From: a virus
Lineage: Duplodnaviria; Caudoviricetes
Strand: one strand, 5' to 3'
Length of the DNA: 64,000 nucleotides
Virus record (IMG/VR): IMGVR_UViG_3300033068_001920
Coordinates: 1-64,000 of that record
The notes under the pieces were generated by a model, which was given only the letters and a program-made list of their open reading frames with translations, was not told the DNA's origin and searched no databases. How positions within the stretch are numbered: the stretch's first letter is position 1; each line of letters begins with the position of its first letter. The position numbers were made by a program, and so were the translations under genes. This document shows, one piece after another, positions 18,461 to 28,177 of this stretch.

Positions 18461-19104
18461 GCGGCCGCGCCCGTCTTGGTCAGCGCATTCCAGGCATCCA
18501 CCTCACCCCTCGGGACGTTGATCGTCTCGGCGCCGATAGCCCAACTCACCGGCCATTCGCCGCCAGGGAAACGGAAACTGGCATGCAGCACATCGTAGGT
18601 GCCGCCGGCGGTCCCGTCATAGCCGCGGTAGGCGTGGATGTCTGTGGCAAACGGCCACTTGGCCAGCACTGCGGCTTCGGCATCCGACTGGTCGCGCGCT
18701 GCCTTGTCCTTCCGCTCTTGCGCGGCCCGGTCGTCGTTGTCCTTGCACATCCGGTTCCAGAACACACGGCGGGTATCGTCATATACCGGGTCCATCGGGT
18801 TCAGTTCGCCGTTGTCACCGTCAAGTTCGTAATCGTGCTGCCCGCCTTCGTCATTGATTCGCCGGCCGCATCCGCATCCACACTCATACCAGAAGCCGCC
18901 GAGTTCGATGCAATCCTTCGGTGACACCGGCCCCGGCGCCAGATCATCAGCCCATGGCGCGCGCTTGCACGAAACATCGCCGAACTCGCAGTCCAACTCG
19001 TTTGCGCCCTCTCGCCGCGCGACAACCGACTTTTCCGCGAACATCACGGCGGCATAGCCTTCGCCAAACTCGTCGGTGACGACGTACGCTTTGAGGCTCA
19101 CCAT
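18457..19104 (-). CDS. hypothetical phage protein (Cys-rich)
   Basis: 215 aa; WYECGCGC; coupled. Confidence 0.65.
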   Translation of the reverse strand: MVSLKAYVVTDEFGEGYAAVMFAEKSVVARREGANELDCEFGDVSCKRAPWADDLAPGPVSPKDCIELGGFWYECGCGCGRRINDEGGQHDYELDGDNGELNPMDPVYDDTRRVFWNRMCKDNDDRAAQERKDKAARDQSDAEAAVLAKWPFATDIHAYRGYDGTAGGTYDVLHASFRFPGGEWPVSWAIGAETINVPRGEVDAWNALTKTGAAA

Positions 19105-19263
19105 GGCAACCTCACATGATGCATGCAGATCTCGGCAAACCCCCAGCCAAGCAGCAGGCCGACGACGAAGGACAGCAAATTGTCTTGGTCGTGATCGCTG
19201 GCGCGGCGTCGCGGATGCTTTGTCGGGTTCGGGGTCGGGCTGCTCATGGTCGCCTCCTTATTC

Positions 19264-19557
19264 TTAGATCAATGGGCTGAATCGATCAGTGTCGTGGTTC
19301 TTCGGCTTTCTCGGCCAGGCTTCGAGTGTCCAAGACACAGGCACACCCGGACTTTTCTCAATGGCTTCCACCGCTACTTTGTACCGTGCAACATACCCGT
19401 CCGGGAGCAGCTTTACATGACGCACCAAGCGGACCCCGGTAACCCGCCAATAGGAGCATTGCTTCTTGGCTACGGTGACGTGGCGGACGACGTGACCGAC
19501 TGCCGGCTCACCATCACCAGTCCAATCCACGGTCCATCGTTTCTGACGGCGAATCAC
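19264..19557 (-). CDS. hypothetical protein
   Basis: 97 aa; coupled. Confidence 0.55.
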   Translation of the reverse strand: MIRRQKRWTVDWTGDGEPAVGHVVRHVTVAKKQCSYWRVTGVRLVRHVKLLPDGYVARYKVAVEAIEKSPGVPVSWTLEAWPRKPKNHDTDRFSPLI

Positions 19558-20825
19558 TGCGGGGTGAAGTTGGTGGCCTGCAGGCGGCGCGAGAACGCGA
19601 GCAGTTCACTCGGCGTGAAGGCGTAAAGCGGCGCCCCCAAATTAACCTTGCCGTCGCCGTAATAGACGCCGCACTTTGCTGCGATCGCCTTCACGACATG
19701 GTCGGCCACGGGCGAGGGGCGGGTGTAGAGCATGCCCAGGCACTTGCATGCCATTTCGAGATCGCGCGGGAACCTTTCGACGTTGATCTTGCCCGGCGCA
19801 TTGAACCCTTGCACTTTTCTAAGCAGGAACGCGGCCAGCCGTTCTGGCGCCACCGCCTCCCTGCCTGCGCCCTCGGCCTGCGTCATCTGACCGATCTTCG
19901 TCAGCGCCGCCGTCAGCGTCCCTTTGTCGCGACTGACATGGCCGATGGTGCCGACATTCACGACCGGCTTACCCTCGCCCTGAGTCGTCATCTGCTGGGG
20001 GGCGGCTGCGGGGTTGGCTTCGCTACCCGCGATCATGTGGCAGACCTTCCAAAACGCATCCGCGCACGGTTGGTAAAAATCGACCGTGTCGGCGCAAACC
20101 GCGCAGTGCCGCACCAGCCGGTCAACATCATCCATCAGCAGCAAGGCTTGCCGCTGCCAACTCGTGTTTTGCGGATTATTTTCCCCCTCGGCTGCCGGCT
20201 GCTGGGGGAGGGGGGCGGCTTTGTGCAACTTTCGCAAGACATTGATCGCGGCCTCCAAGTCTTCCGCCATCGCCGGGCGGCTGCGATTCCGCAGCACGTC
20301 GGCGCCAAGGCGCATGGTGTCCAGAACGTCGGCCCATTCATTATCCGACAGGCTGACCGCATCTGCGCGCCCTGCGACCTCGCGGGCGTCGCCGTAGGCA
20401 GTGAGTTCATCCTGCGAATAGCCGAGAAAAGATTTCGGGCTCGGCAACTTTGCCGGCGGCCAATCACTTTCCGGCCCCATTCTGCATCCGCATATCCAAT
20501 GCTTCGCCTCCGGCATCGGCACCGCGCCCGCAGGCTTGGGCGACAGGGGCGTGGCGAGACGGAGCAGCGGAATGCTGTACGGGCGAACAGATGACCCGCT
20601 GGCGCCGGCATCAGCAAGAGCGCCGGCTTTGGTCTTTGCTGAGATTACGCGCGTCGGATCTTCTTCATGCATCCATGCATCGGCATTCCCCGCGCCCTGC
20701 TGCCCGGCGGCGATGTGGCGCTCGATGAAGGGGAGGAGAACTTCGGCAAGCGTGCCAGCCCCGAGGGTGTGCTTTCCATCGACGCGGCGGATCTCTTGCG
20801 CCAGCGCTTCTACGGTCAGGTTCAT
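19554..20825 (-). CDS. mosaic accessory protein B, contains an EF-Tu-derived peptide
   Basis: Shares N-terminus and linkers with 12130..12801 and 42695..44344; contains [27 protein letters not shown]. Confidence 0.75.
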   Translation of the reverse strand: [423 protein letters not shown]

Positions 20826-20852
20826 GAGCAAAGGTCTCGATGATGATTCTGT

Positions 20853-20885
20853 GAAAAGCCTGGCCGAAACGATCCGACCAGGCGA
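20853..20885 (-). terminator. probable intrinsic terminator
   Basis: GCCTGGTCG-gatcgttt-CGGCCAGGC-TTTTC; coordinates approximate. Confidence 0.5.
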
Positions 20886-20901
20886 GTTCAACGCGGCGCG
20901 C

Positions 20902-21153
20902 TCAGGACGAAGCGTTGCCGGTGTCGCTCAGGGTCGTCGTTTCGACGACGACGATGATCACGGCACTGCCATCGGACTTGATTTCGACCGCGACGGTGTC
21001 GGCAGCAGTGGCTGTTGCCGGCGAGAAGAGACCGGCGCGCGTGGCCGTGCCCAGATCCGGGTAGCTCGCCAGCGCGCTGGTCGCTTCGCTGGTGCTGAGA
21101 TCGATCTTGGAGAAGTTCGTCGTTTTGACGGTCGAGAAACTGGTGACGTTCAT
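20902..21153 (-). CDS. small Ser/Thr-rich hypothetical protein
   Basis: 83 aa; phage-like codon pattern; ends just before the terminator. Confidence 0.55.
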   Translation of the reverse strand: MNVTSFSTVKTTNFSKIDLSTSEATSALASYPDLGTATRAGLFSPATATAADTVAVEIKSDGSAVIIVVVETTTLSDTGNASS

Positions 21154-21227
21154 TCGTTTCGGTGTTCCTTGTTCCGGGCTGGTTCGGCGCTCCCCGCGTG
21201 GCCCATTGCACGCGGCACCGTGTTTTC

Positions 21228-22328
21228 TCAGCGCAGCGCGAGGTTTCGCGGGAACTCATTGTGGATCACGCCGTCAAGCGTGCGGCCGGCGGTCTTCTTT
21301 CCCGTGCGGCGCACCGTCCGGCCGTCGGGGAACGTGAAGTGCTTGCCAGGCCCTTTGACCTCGCTCACCGAGACCCATTCGCCGTTCTGCTTGTGGAAAT
21401 AGGCGGCGCCACTCTCGACGCAGTAGTCTCGAATGTTGCGGAACCACTGCGGATTGGACGGCCGCGCGTTCGCACCGGACTCACCGCCGGTAATGATTTG
21501 GTGGATCTGAGGTGCTTCGCTGGTGAGAATAAAACCGTGGTCATCTCGGATCTGCTGTTCGGATCGATCACAGGTCGTGCACACGCGGCGTTTGAACAAC
21601 CGCGGGTTCGATCCCCATTGATGGCATGCCCCGCAACCGACCCCGCCCCAGATCGCACGCGTCAGATTTATCGGACCGAGCATCGGCTCGATCGAAAGGA
21701 AACGCACCGCCGCAGGCACCGCTAGTAACTTCGGAATGTCCCTGTCCGCTTCATCTTGATTGCAGATGGTGGCGCCGATCCAGACGTTCTCGGGCGGCTC
21801 ACCATCAATCCATGCGCCGAGCCATGTCGCAAGTTCTTGGCTGATGCCCCCCTTACACGATATCGCAGCCAAGATTCGGCTGCGCCAGTTGCAGATCCTC
21901 TTCGTCAGCAACTGCCAATCCAGGTTTGGTGTACGGCGGATCAGGTCCAGCAGGTCGGCCAGCCATTCCTCCGGCACCTCGTTGTCGAACACGTCGGCAA
22001 GGCTGGAGCAGAACACGCTGCGGCGAGCGTTGCGGAGACTGCCATCAAGAATCCGACAGCATGGACAACTTGCGCCATCGGGATCCTCGCCGCGCCACGC
22101 GCAGTTTGTGCATTCGTAGAACGGTCGCGCATTCCACAGCAACGGTTTGTGCCAGTTCGCCTCGCTGGTGCGATGCCGCGGCTTGCCGGCGCCCCACTCT
22201 ATGCTCAGTGTGCGCGATGGTGTGGCGACCGCGGCATAGCAGTTGTCGCAAGCCGGCGAAACTTTCGTGCAGCCGATCCATCCGTTGAACGTGCTGTCGG
22301 CCCAGTCGATGTTGGTTTGCGCGGCCAT
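21228..22328 (-). CDS. phage Gp37/Gp68 (DUF5131) radical-SAM-like protein
   Basis: TNIDWADSTFN, GCTKVSPACDNCYA, VFCSSLADVFD, RFLSIEPMLG, ITGGESG. Confidence 0.92.
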   Translation of the reverse strand: MAAQTNIDWADSTFNGWIGCTKVSPACDNCYAAVATPSRTLSIEWGAGKPRHRTSEANWHKPLLWNARPFYECTNCAWRGEDPDGASCPCCRILDGSLRNARRSVFCSSLADVFDNEVPEEWLADLLDLIRRTPNLDWQLLTKRICNWRSRILAAISCKGGISQELATWLGAWIDGEPPENVWIGATICNQDEADRDIPKLLAVPAAVRFLSIEPMLGPINLTRAIWGGVGCGACHQWGSNPRLFKRRVCTTCDRSEQQIRDDHGFILTSEAPQIHQIITGGESGANARPSNPQWFRNIRDYCVESGAAYFHKQNGEWVSVSEVKGPGKHFTFPDGRTVRRTGKKTAGRTLDGVIHNEFPRNLALR

Positions 22329-22335
22329 CGGATAT

Positions 22336-22587
22336 TTACCTTGCGCAGCGCGGGTGCTTGCGGATGTTCCGGCGCTTCCGCGCGGCGCGGCGTTGCGCGG
22401 CCGGAGTCGTGCGCTTCGGGTTGCGGCCCATACAGCGAGACACGGACTGCCTTGTTCTCGACCCTCTCGGCATGGCTTCTCCGGGATGACGCTGAATTAC
22501 GTAATTCAGCCCGGCAGTCGCCGCGGACCCAAGAGCGCCCAGCAGCGCCACTGCCATTCCCACAATTCCAATTCTACGATTCAACAT
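22336..22587 (-). CDS. small protein with N-terminal hydrophobic helix and Arg-rich tail
   Basis: 83 aa ORF. Confidence 0.45.
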   Translation of the reverse strand: MLNRRIGIVGMAVALLGALGSAATAGLNYVIQRHPGEAMPRGSRTRQSVSRCMGRNPKRTTPAAQRRAARKRRNIRKHPRCAR

Positions 22588-22645
22588 TTCTTGCCCCTTT
22601 GCTTTTTTGGTTGCGGATTGAATTCGGTAATTGCACTGCTTACGA

Positions 22646-22843
22646 CTACATCACCCCGAGAATTCTCTGCAGCGTGGCGTCAGCTTCCGCAAGTCTTTTC
22701 GTCGCCCTGGAATAGTCGTCGCTCATCGCGCGCGTCATGCGGGTATATCTGGTCAAGCGATTCATGAGGCTCTGCGCCGACATCTTGTCTGCCCACGCTT
22801 TGCGGGCTTGGGCAAGCAGTTCTGCGGCTTCACTGTTTTCCAC
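22646..22843 (-). CDS. hypothetical helical protein
   Basis: AAGGAG SD then GTG at 22843. Confidence 0.55.
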   Translation of the reverse strand: MENSEAAELLAQARKAWADKMSAQSLMNRLTRYTRMTRAMSDDYSRATKRLAEADATLQRILGVM

Positions 22844-22868
22844 GTCGGCTCCTTGGTTCAAGGTTCCG

Positions 22869-22897
22869 ACTGTAAGCGATTGCTAGCGATATTGCAA
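22869..22897 (-). promoter_or_regulatory. sigma70-like promoter with operator
   Basis: TTGCAA-N17-TACAGT; operator TAGCAATCGCTT (22874-22885) in the spacer. Confidence 0.75.
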
Positions 22898-22926
22898 GCA
22901 TCCCGCTTATTCCCTTTCGTTATGCT

Positions 22927-24495
22927 TTACTCGACATCCGCCAGCTCGGCGAGGGCCGACTCGCGCGCGGATTCAAGCCTGGCGTCGGCGCCCTCCGGCT
23001 TGTAGCCGTCGGCGACCATGTAGTGGACGCCTTCCAGGAACGCGAACGCGAAGGTGTCCCAGATGTCGGGAGACTTGATCCCCTCGCCGCGCATGTCCTC
23101 TTTTTTCATCATGACGTAGCGCAACCCGCCAGCTTCGGCGAAGTGGTACGGCAAGCGCGATCCTTGATCCAGGATCTTCTCTTTCATTTGCCGGCTGATG
23201 CCTTGCGGCAGCACCACGCGCCCGGTGCGGATCGCGTCGCGAAGGCGCACGTTGGCGCACGCACGCAGGTTGTAGAAACGGTCCTTGTATTCTTTCTTGA
23301 AGCAAGGCTTGCCCCAGTCGATACGCTGGACCGGAACCCCTTGGCGTTCGATCAACTTCGCGACCGTGTGGCCGACGCCGCCATTGTCCACGTAAAGCGT
23401 CGCGTTCGACAACTTCCCGACCAGGTTGGCCAAGTCGCCGGCGAAGTCAATCTCATTCTTGGAGTTCGTGCAGATCGGCACCTCGATGAATTCGACACGG
23501 CGCGCATTCTCACCATGGTCATCGTCGCCGATCACCTTCGCGATCGTGGCCACCGAGTCATCGCGGTACTCGCCAAGGCCAACGTCGCCCAGCACGATCA
23601 GTCCGAACGGCTCGTCGTCGTGGATGATTTGTCTCGGCTTGAATGCGGCTTCGATCTCGGTGCGCGTCAGAAGGTTCGCGCCGCTGTTTTCGGCGAATAG
23701 CCCAAGAACGCGGATCTGGTATTCAACATCCTGCCGGCCGCCGCACTCGAGTTCGCGGTCCTTCAGCCACTTCATCGTGACGAAAGGTGAGTTCTCGGAA
23801 TTGAATCTAAGGTTCGACCACGCACCGCCGGCGGCCTTCCGCAACTTGTGGTGGGTTTCGTAGAAGTAGCCGGCGTTGCGGACGCCCTGAGACGCGATAA
23901 GCGTGCGGTTACCGCCCTGCGTCTGCGTTCCGTTGATCACGTCGAAATGGCCATCGGGAACGCCCGCGGCTTCGTCGATGATGATCATCTGCCAGTAGCG
24001 GTGCTTGCCGGCAACCGACACCGCTTTGCCTTGCTGCATCGCGACTTGGCTGATGAACCACTGGCTTTCGTAACCTATAACCTCGACGCGCTCTTTCGAA
24101 ATCTTGAAGTAGTCGCAAATCCATGCTGCCGGTCCGTTTAGCATCGCAATTCGGCAGTCCTCCATTTCCTTCCAGACACCCTCGGCAACCTGCTGAACTC
24201 GCGGCGCTCCGATGTAAGTGTTGGATCCGATTTGGACCTCGCCGTTTTCTATTCCATACGGGTGGCATAGAAGATGCCAAAGCGCGATTCGTCCGAACGA
24301 AAATGTTTTTCCAGTACCCGTGCCAGACACCACCGAAACGTTGGCTGTCGGATCATCGATCTCGAAAAAAAGTTCCTCCTGATCCGGACTCGGAACCAAT
24401 GCGCAGACCTCCACGGCGAACCGAAGAGAATCTGCGTGGTAGCGCGCTACAAAATGCGGGTACCTTGGGTCCGCGAAGATGTTGACCTTGGCCAA
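22927..24495 (-). CDS. terminase large subunit (P1 PacB-like)
   Basis: Walker A SGTGTGKT, Walker B IIIDEAAG, nuclease GDVGLG and SPDIWDTFAF. Confidence 0.92.
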   Translation of the reverse strand: MAKVNIFADPRYPHFVARYHADSLRFAVEVCALVPSPDQEELFFEIDDPTANVSVVSGTGTGKTFSFGRIALWHLLCHPYGIENGEVQIGSNTYIGAPRVQQVAEGVWKEMEDCRIAMLNGPAAWICDYFKISKERVEVIGYESQWFISQVAMQQGKAVSVAGKHRYWQMIIIDEAAGVPDGHFDVINGTQTQGGNRTLIASQGVRNAGYFYETHHKLRKAAGGAWSNLRFNSENSPFVTMKWLKDRELECGGRQDVEYQIRVLGLFAENSGANLLTRTEIEAAFKPRQIIHDDEPFGLIVLGDVGLGEYRDDSVATIAKVIGDDDHGENARRVEFIEVPICTNSKNEIDFAGDLANLVGKLSNATLYVDNGGVGHTVAKLIERQGVPVQRIDWGKPCFKKEYKDRFYNLRACANVRLRDAIRTGRVVLPQGISRQMKEKILDQGSRLPYHFAEAGGLRYVMMKKEDMRGEGIKSPDIWDTFAFAFLEGVHYMVADGYKPEGADARLESARESALAELADVE

Positions 24496-24498
24496 TGG

Positions 24499-25557
24499 TC
24501 AGCCCTCGGCATTCCCTGGCTCTTCGGTGTCGGCTGGAGCCATCCCGCGTTCTGCGCGCATCGCGGCTGCGCGTTCTCGGGCGATCCTCATGCTTCGGCC
24601 GAAACGCTCTTCCATTTCCTCCGCAGTGAAGGTGATGTTGACCTTCGAACCGGCGTCCTCGTAGATCTGGAGGATCTTCGCCAACTTCTCGCGCGCGCCG
24701 TCCCGGCTGCTGGTCTTGATCTTGATTCCGTCCTTCGTGATCTCGGCACCCTCATACAGTGCCAGCGCCGCGGGCGACAGGTTCCTGGTGTCGTGGAAAT
24801 GAACCTTGGCCCGGCCCTCTCCGTAACATTCCGGGCAATCCGGATGGGGTTCCCTGCGCGGATCGAAACCGACTCCACCCTGTTCGTCAAACACTGGCGC
24901 AAACGCCGCGCCACCGGATTTATCCTTCAACTCCGCGATCTTGGCGGAATGCTCATCGCGGGCGCGGCGCATTTCCTCCGGCGTCGATTGGTAGCGGTGA
25001 TCGGTGCCGTAGCAGTACCTGCAGGCTTCGCGACGATGCTCGACCAGTTCGTTGACATCGGCGTAGGCGAGGAATGTGTAGGCTTGGATGATATCGTCCT
25101 GAGCCGATTCGGTGCGCGCGAAAGCCTGTTTCATTCGTTCGCCGAGATAGGTTTTGACATGCGGCAGCTGGAACATACGGTGCGCCATCACGCCGGCCAC
25201 ATTGTAGTTTCCGCCGTAGACCGCCATGTACGACCTGGTTCCGTTGTAGCAGGTCATATAGACCTCTACGAACTCGATCTGCTTCAGGTTGAGCCCGAGT
25301 TCCTGTCCGCGCGCGATGTGTTCCGGCATCGGATCCTTGTCCGGAGGAACTGGCGCCACTGTTGCGGAGTCCGGCACGTTCGTCTTTTTCGGCTTCCCAT
25401 GCTTGTTCTTGCCGGTCTCGCTGAGTTTGACCAGTTTCTTTTTTTCCTTGATGTCGCGATGAGATCCGGGCGTCCGGGCGGCAGTGCCGCCACGACGTTT
25501 TTTCGGTGCTGGAACTTCGACGACCGGCGGCGGCGGCGGGGCTTTCTTCTTTTTCAC
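24499..25557 (-). CDS. terminase small subunit with Zn-ribbon insert
   Basis: LNLKQIEFVEVY...NGTRSY, CRYCYG/CPECYGEG, DGIKIKTSSRDGAREKL; directly upstream of TerL. Confidence 0.85.
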   Translation of the reverse strand: MKKKKAPPPPPVVEVPAPKKRRGGTAARTPGSHRDIKEKKKLVKLSETGKNKHGKPKKTNVPDSATVAPVPPDKDPMPEHIARGQELGLNLKQIEFVEVYMTCYNGTRSYMAVYGGNYNVAGVMAHRMFQLPHVKTYLGERMKQAFARTESAQDDIIQAYTFLAYADVNELVEHRREACRYCYGTDHRYQSTPEEMRRARDEHSAKIAELKDKSGGAAFAPVFDEQGGVGFDPRREPHPDCPECYGEGRAKVHFHDTRNLSPAALALYEGAEITKDGIKIKTSSRDGAREKLAKILQIYEDAGSKVNITFTAEEMEERFGRSMRIARERAAAMRAERGMAPADTEEPGNAEG

Positions 25558-26225
25558 GCTCGTGCCTCATTGTCCGAATCGATTCGAAATGCAAACTGGA
25601 ATTGTTTGATGCCTTCCTCGATCGATTGCAACTCGAGCGTTTTGTCGATCATATCCATCTGTGTTCGCTCGACACGGATACGAGTCGCCGCGCGCTTGCC
25701 GATGCTGGATAGTCTTCGAAGGGACGCCTCTAACCTGGCACCGTTGCGGAGATCTTCGAACTCCGGGTTCAATTCGCGGACCCTCGCCAACGCGAGTTCT
25801 GCTTCTTCCGCCGCTTGGATGGCGTCAAGAAGATCGTATCGATCATGACGATGGTTGCTCACCGATACCGAAACGTGAGCCGCGACCGCAGTCGTGAACT
25901 TCCCGAAAAGTTCGCCGATGCTGTGCGCGACGGCGCGCACGACGATTCCCTGCCCCTGTTCATCCGCTTCGGCGATCGGATCGTCGATTCGACCGAGTAG
26001 GAAATCCAGCGGGACCGCGTACAGGTCGGCGTACTTGAGCATGTCCAGCAGCGTCGGTAGACGTTGCCCATCCTCAGCCAAGCTGATCTGCGTGATGCCC
26101 TTCTGGCTTAGCCGGTCCGCAGCTTGGGCCTGGGATACGCCGGCAGCGCGGCGCGACGCGCGAAGGCGCTTGCCGACGATCTTCGCCAGCGCCTCGCGGC
26201 CCTTTGCATCAGTTGGAATTGGCAT
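25554..26225 (-). CDS. XRE-family HTH transcriptional regulator
   Basis: RLRASRRAAGVSQAQAADRL...ISLAEDGQRLP...VPLDFLLG; sits where P1 has lpa. Confidence 0.85.
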   Translation of the reverse strand: MPIPTDAKGREALAKIVGKRLRASRRAAGVSQAQAADRLSQKGITQISLAEDGQRLPTLLDMLKYADLYAVPLDFLLGRIDDPIAEADEQGQGIVVRAVAHSIGELFGKFTTAVAAHVSVSVSNHRHDRYDLLDAIQAAEEAELALARVRELNPEFEDLRNGARLEASLRRLSSIGKRAATRIRVERTQMDMIDKTLELQSIEEGIKQFQFAFRIDSDNEARA

Positions 26226-26248
26226 GGTTCAGTCCCCCAGAGGTGTCT

Positions 26249-26277
26249 ATCATCGGCTGATATCAGCCAACCGTCAA
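26249..26277 (-). promoter_or_regulatory. promoter of the XRE-terminase operon with a 14 bp perfect palindrome
   Basis: TTGACG-N17-GATGAT; GGCTGATATCAGCC (26255-26268) in the spacer. Confidence 0.6.
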
Positions 26278-27015
26278 AATGTAGTGCTCAAGCCGATCTC
26301 TGTCTGCTGGCGCCATGTCTGGAATGAATCGCTCAAGCACAGCATTCAAGGCATCGTTTTTCCACTCCCGGAAACGCAACTCATCCATATTTTCAAAACT
26401 TATCGAACCAACCATGTAGTACAACTGGCCCGTGCTGGTGATGAATGTTTTCGTCAGCCCGGTCAGTATCTTGACTTCGTTGAGAAATGGCTCAAACGCC
26501 GTGTATTTGTCCTGGTTATCGAACACTGCCTGCAGCAGCATCATGCCGAGCCGATGATGCTTGCCGTTGCGTTTCATCCGCACCGATGCTTTGAACACTG
26601 ATCCCGTTTTGAATCGCTCGAAATACCGTTCGCTGATCGGGCAGGCGGGGTACATTTTCCCGTCCGGCCCTTTCATAATCCACAAATCGGTGGATCCGGT
26701 CGGGCCTTCGACATCGGCATGAACATGAGCGATATCCGTCTCCGGCTTCGGCTTGCGCGCGTCGCGCTGCGTATTCACTGCCAAGACGGCCGCGTAGGCG
26801 ACCTGGGCGAACGCAGTCCGCTCCATCTGCGTTAGATCGTCCCAAGGTGTTGACGCTTTCAGGCTGCGGGCATGCACAGCCCTCCCAGCGAGGACGGCAT
26901 CGATTCCACGAAGATGGCCCTCTGCCGACTTGGCGCGCTGCTTCCAATACGCGGCGCGGCCGTCGGCCTCCGCCAACTTTCGTTCCAATTCGCGGATTTG
27001 TTCCTCGGGTCTCAT
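26263..27015 (-). CDS. DUF1367-like protein with N-terminal extension
   Basis: RNGKHHRL...GSISFENMDELRFREW...LNAV. Confidence 0.7.
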   Translation of the reverse strand: MRPEEQIRELERKLAEADGRAAYWKQRAKSAEGHLRGIDAVLAGRAVHARSLKASTPWDDLTQMERTAFAQVAYAAVLAVNTQRDARKPKPETDIAHVHADVEGPTGSTDLWIMKGPDGKMYPACPISERYFERFKTGSVFKASVRMKRNGKHHRLGMMLLQAVFDNQDKYTAFEPFLNEVKILTGLTKTFITSTGQLYYMVGSISFENMDELRFREWKNDALNAVLERFIPDMAPADRDRLEHYILTVG

Positions 27016-27737
27016 TCTGGCGCCTCGCCGAGCATTGCGGACATGACCAATCCGCTGACCTCCTCGCCTTGTCCGGCGATCTGTACCATGGTCAACTTCC
27101 CGCCGTAGACCGCGCCGGTGTCGATGTAGCGCACATTGCCGAGTGTCGTCGGCCGCTCCAATGACGTGTGCCCGACGTAGACCATGGAGACACCGGAGAC
27201 AGTAGAGCAATCGCGAGCACCGATGCGCTTGCGCGCCCACAGCGCGGTCTCTTGAGCGTTGGGTTCTTCATCCTCCAGCGCCTTCAGGAACTCGCTCCAG
27301 CGCTGACCAGCGGGCTCAGCATGCACGATCCCGATCATGCCCTCCTTCGTGTCCACTTCGATCACGATCGGCATCGTCAGGAATGCTTGGGCGATAGCTT
27401 GCCGTGTATCGGCCGGAAGATCGATCAGCCAGCCGCCGCCGTTGCGACGGTAGTTGTCTTCCGGCCAGCGTCCGCACGCATACCAGATCGCCATATCCTC
27501 ATGGTTCCCGCGGATCGCGTGGAACCATGGCTGAGCAAGCCAATCCAGCGCATCCTGAGACTGAGGGCCGCGGTCCACCAGGTCGCCAACCGAGAACATG
27601 CGATCCAGCGCTGGGTCGAACCTCACCCGGTCCATCTGCTCGGAAAGCAGATCAAAGCAACCATGGATGTCGCCGACCAAGAAATCACGGCCGGAGACGT
27701 TGCGTTCGAAACGCTGGACGATAGGATGCGGCATCAA
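27012..27737 (-). CDS. Ser/Thr protein phosphatase (NinI/P1 Ppp-like metallophosphoesterase)
   Basis: GDIHG, GDLVDRG, RGNHE, GHT, IDTG motifs. Confidence 0.93.
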   Translation of the reverse strand: MMPHPIVQRFERNVSGRDFLVGDIHGCFDLLSEQMDRVRFDPALDRMFSVGDLVDRGPQSQDALDWLAQPWFHAIRGNHEDMAIWYACGRWPEDNYRRNGGGWLIDLPADTRQAIAQAFLTMPIVIEVDTKEGMIGIVHAEPAGQRWSEFLKALEDEEPNAQETALWARKRIGARDCSTVSGVSMVYVGHTSLERPTTLGNVRYIDTGAVYGGKLTMVQIAGQGEEVSGLVMSAMLGEAPE

Positions 27738-28177
27738 ACCTCCTCCTCATCCCATCCGCCGCCGTCCTTCTTGGGCCTCGGATAGGCGACCTTGAACACA
27801 AAGGGGTACATCGCGGCGGCCACCTTCATCTTGACACGGGCATCGTCCAGAAAAAGCGCCTTTGCGCCTTTCACGTCGATCATTTCCAAGACGTTGTCCG
27901 CAGGCAAGATCGCGAAGTCCACGGTCAGAAACGTGTTGTCGGCGAGCCTGAGTTTGATGCCTTCAAATTGATACCAAAGGATCTTGCCGGCGGCCTTGAG
28001 TTCGGCTAGGTAAGCGTCGTAGCGCGATTCGGTCTTGTTCATCTCGCCGGTCTTGAGACGGCCGAGCGCCTGCATTCTCTGCTGGCCGGTGGGCTTCGCC
28101 GGCGGCGAGGCAACCGGCGCCACGCTGCGCTTCTGCAGTAGCCGCGCAAGATCGTCCTCGGACATCCGCACGCTCAT
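27734..28177 (-). CDS. PD-(D/E)XK nuclease (DUF1064-like, putative resolvase)
   Basis: NKTESRY...VDFAIL...IDVKG. Confidence 0.75.
   Translation of the reverse strand: MSVRMSEDDLARLLQKRSVAPVASPPAKPTGQQRMQALGRLKTGEMNKTESRYDAYLAELKAAGKILWYQFEGIKLRLADNTFLTVDFAILPADNVLEMIDVKGAKALFLDDARVKMKVAAAMYPFVFKVAYPRPKKDGGGWDEEEV

Noticed and set aside
24499-25557. P1-type pac site (clustered GATC) in the small terminase gene
   Set aside because: No dense GATC hexamer cluster seen
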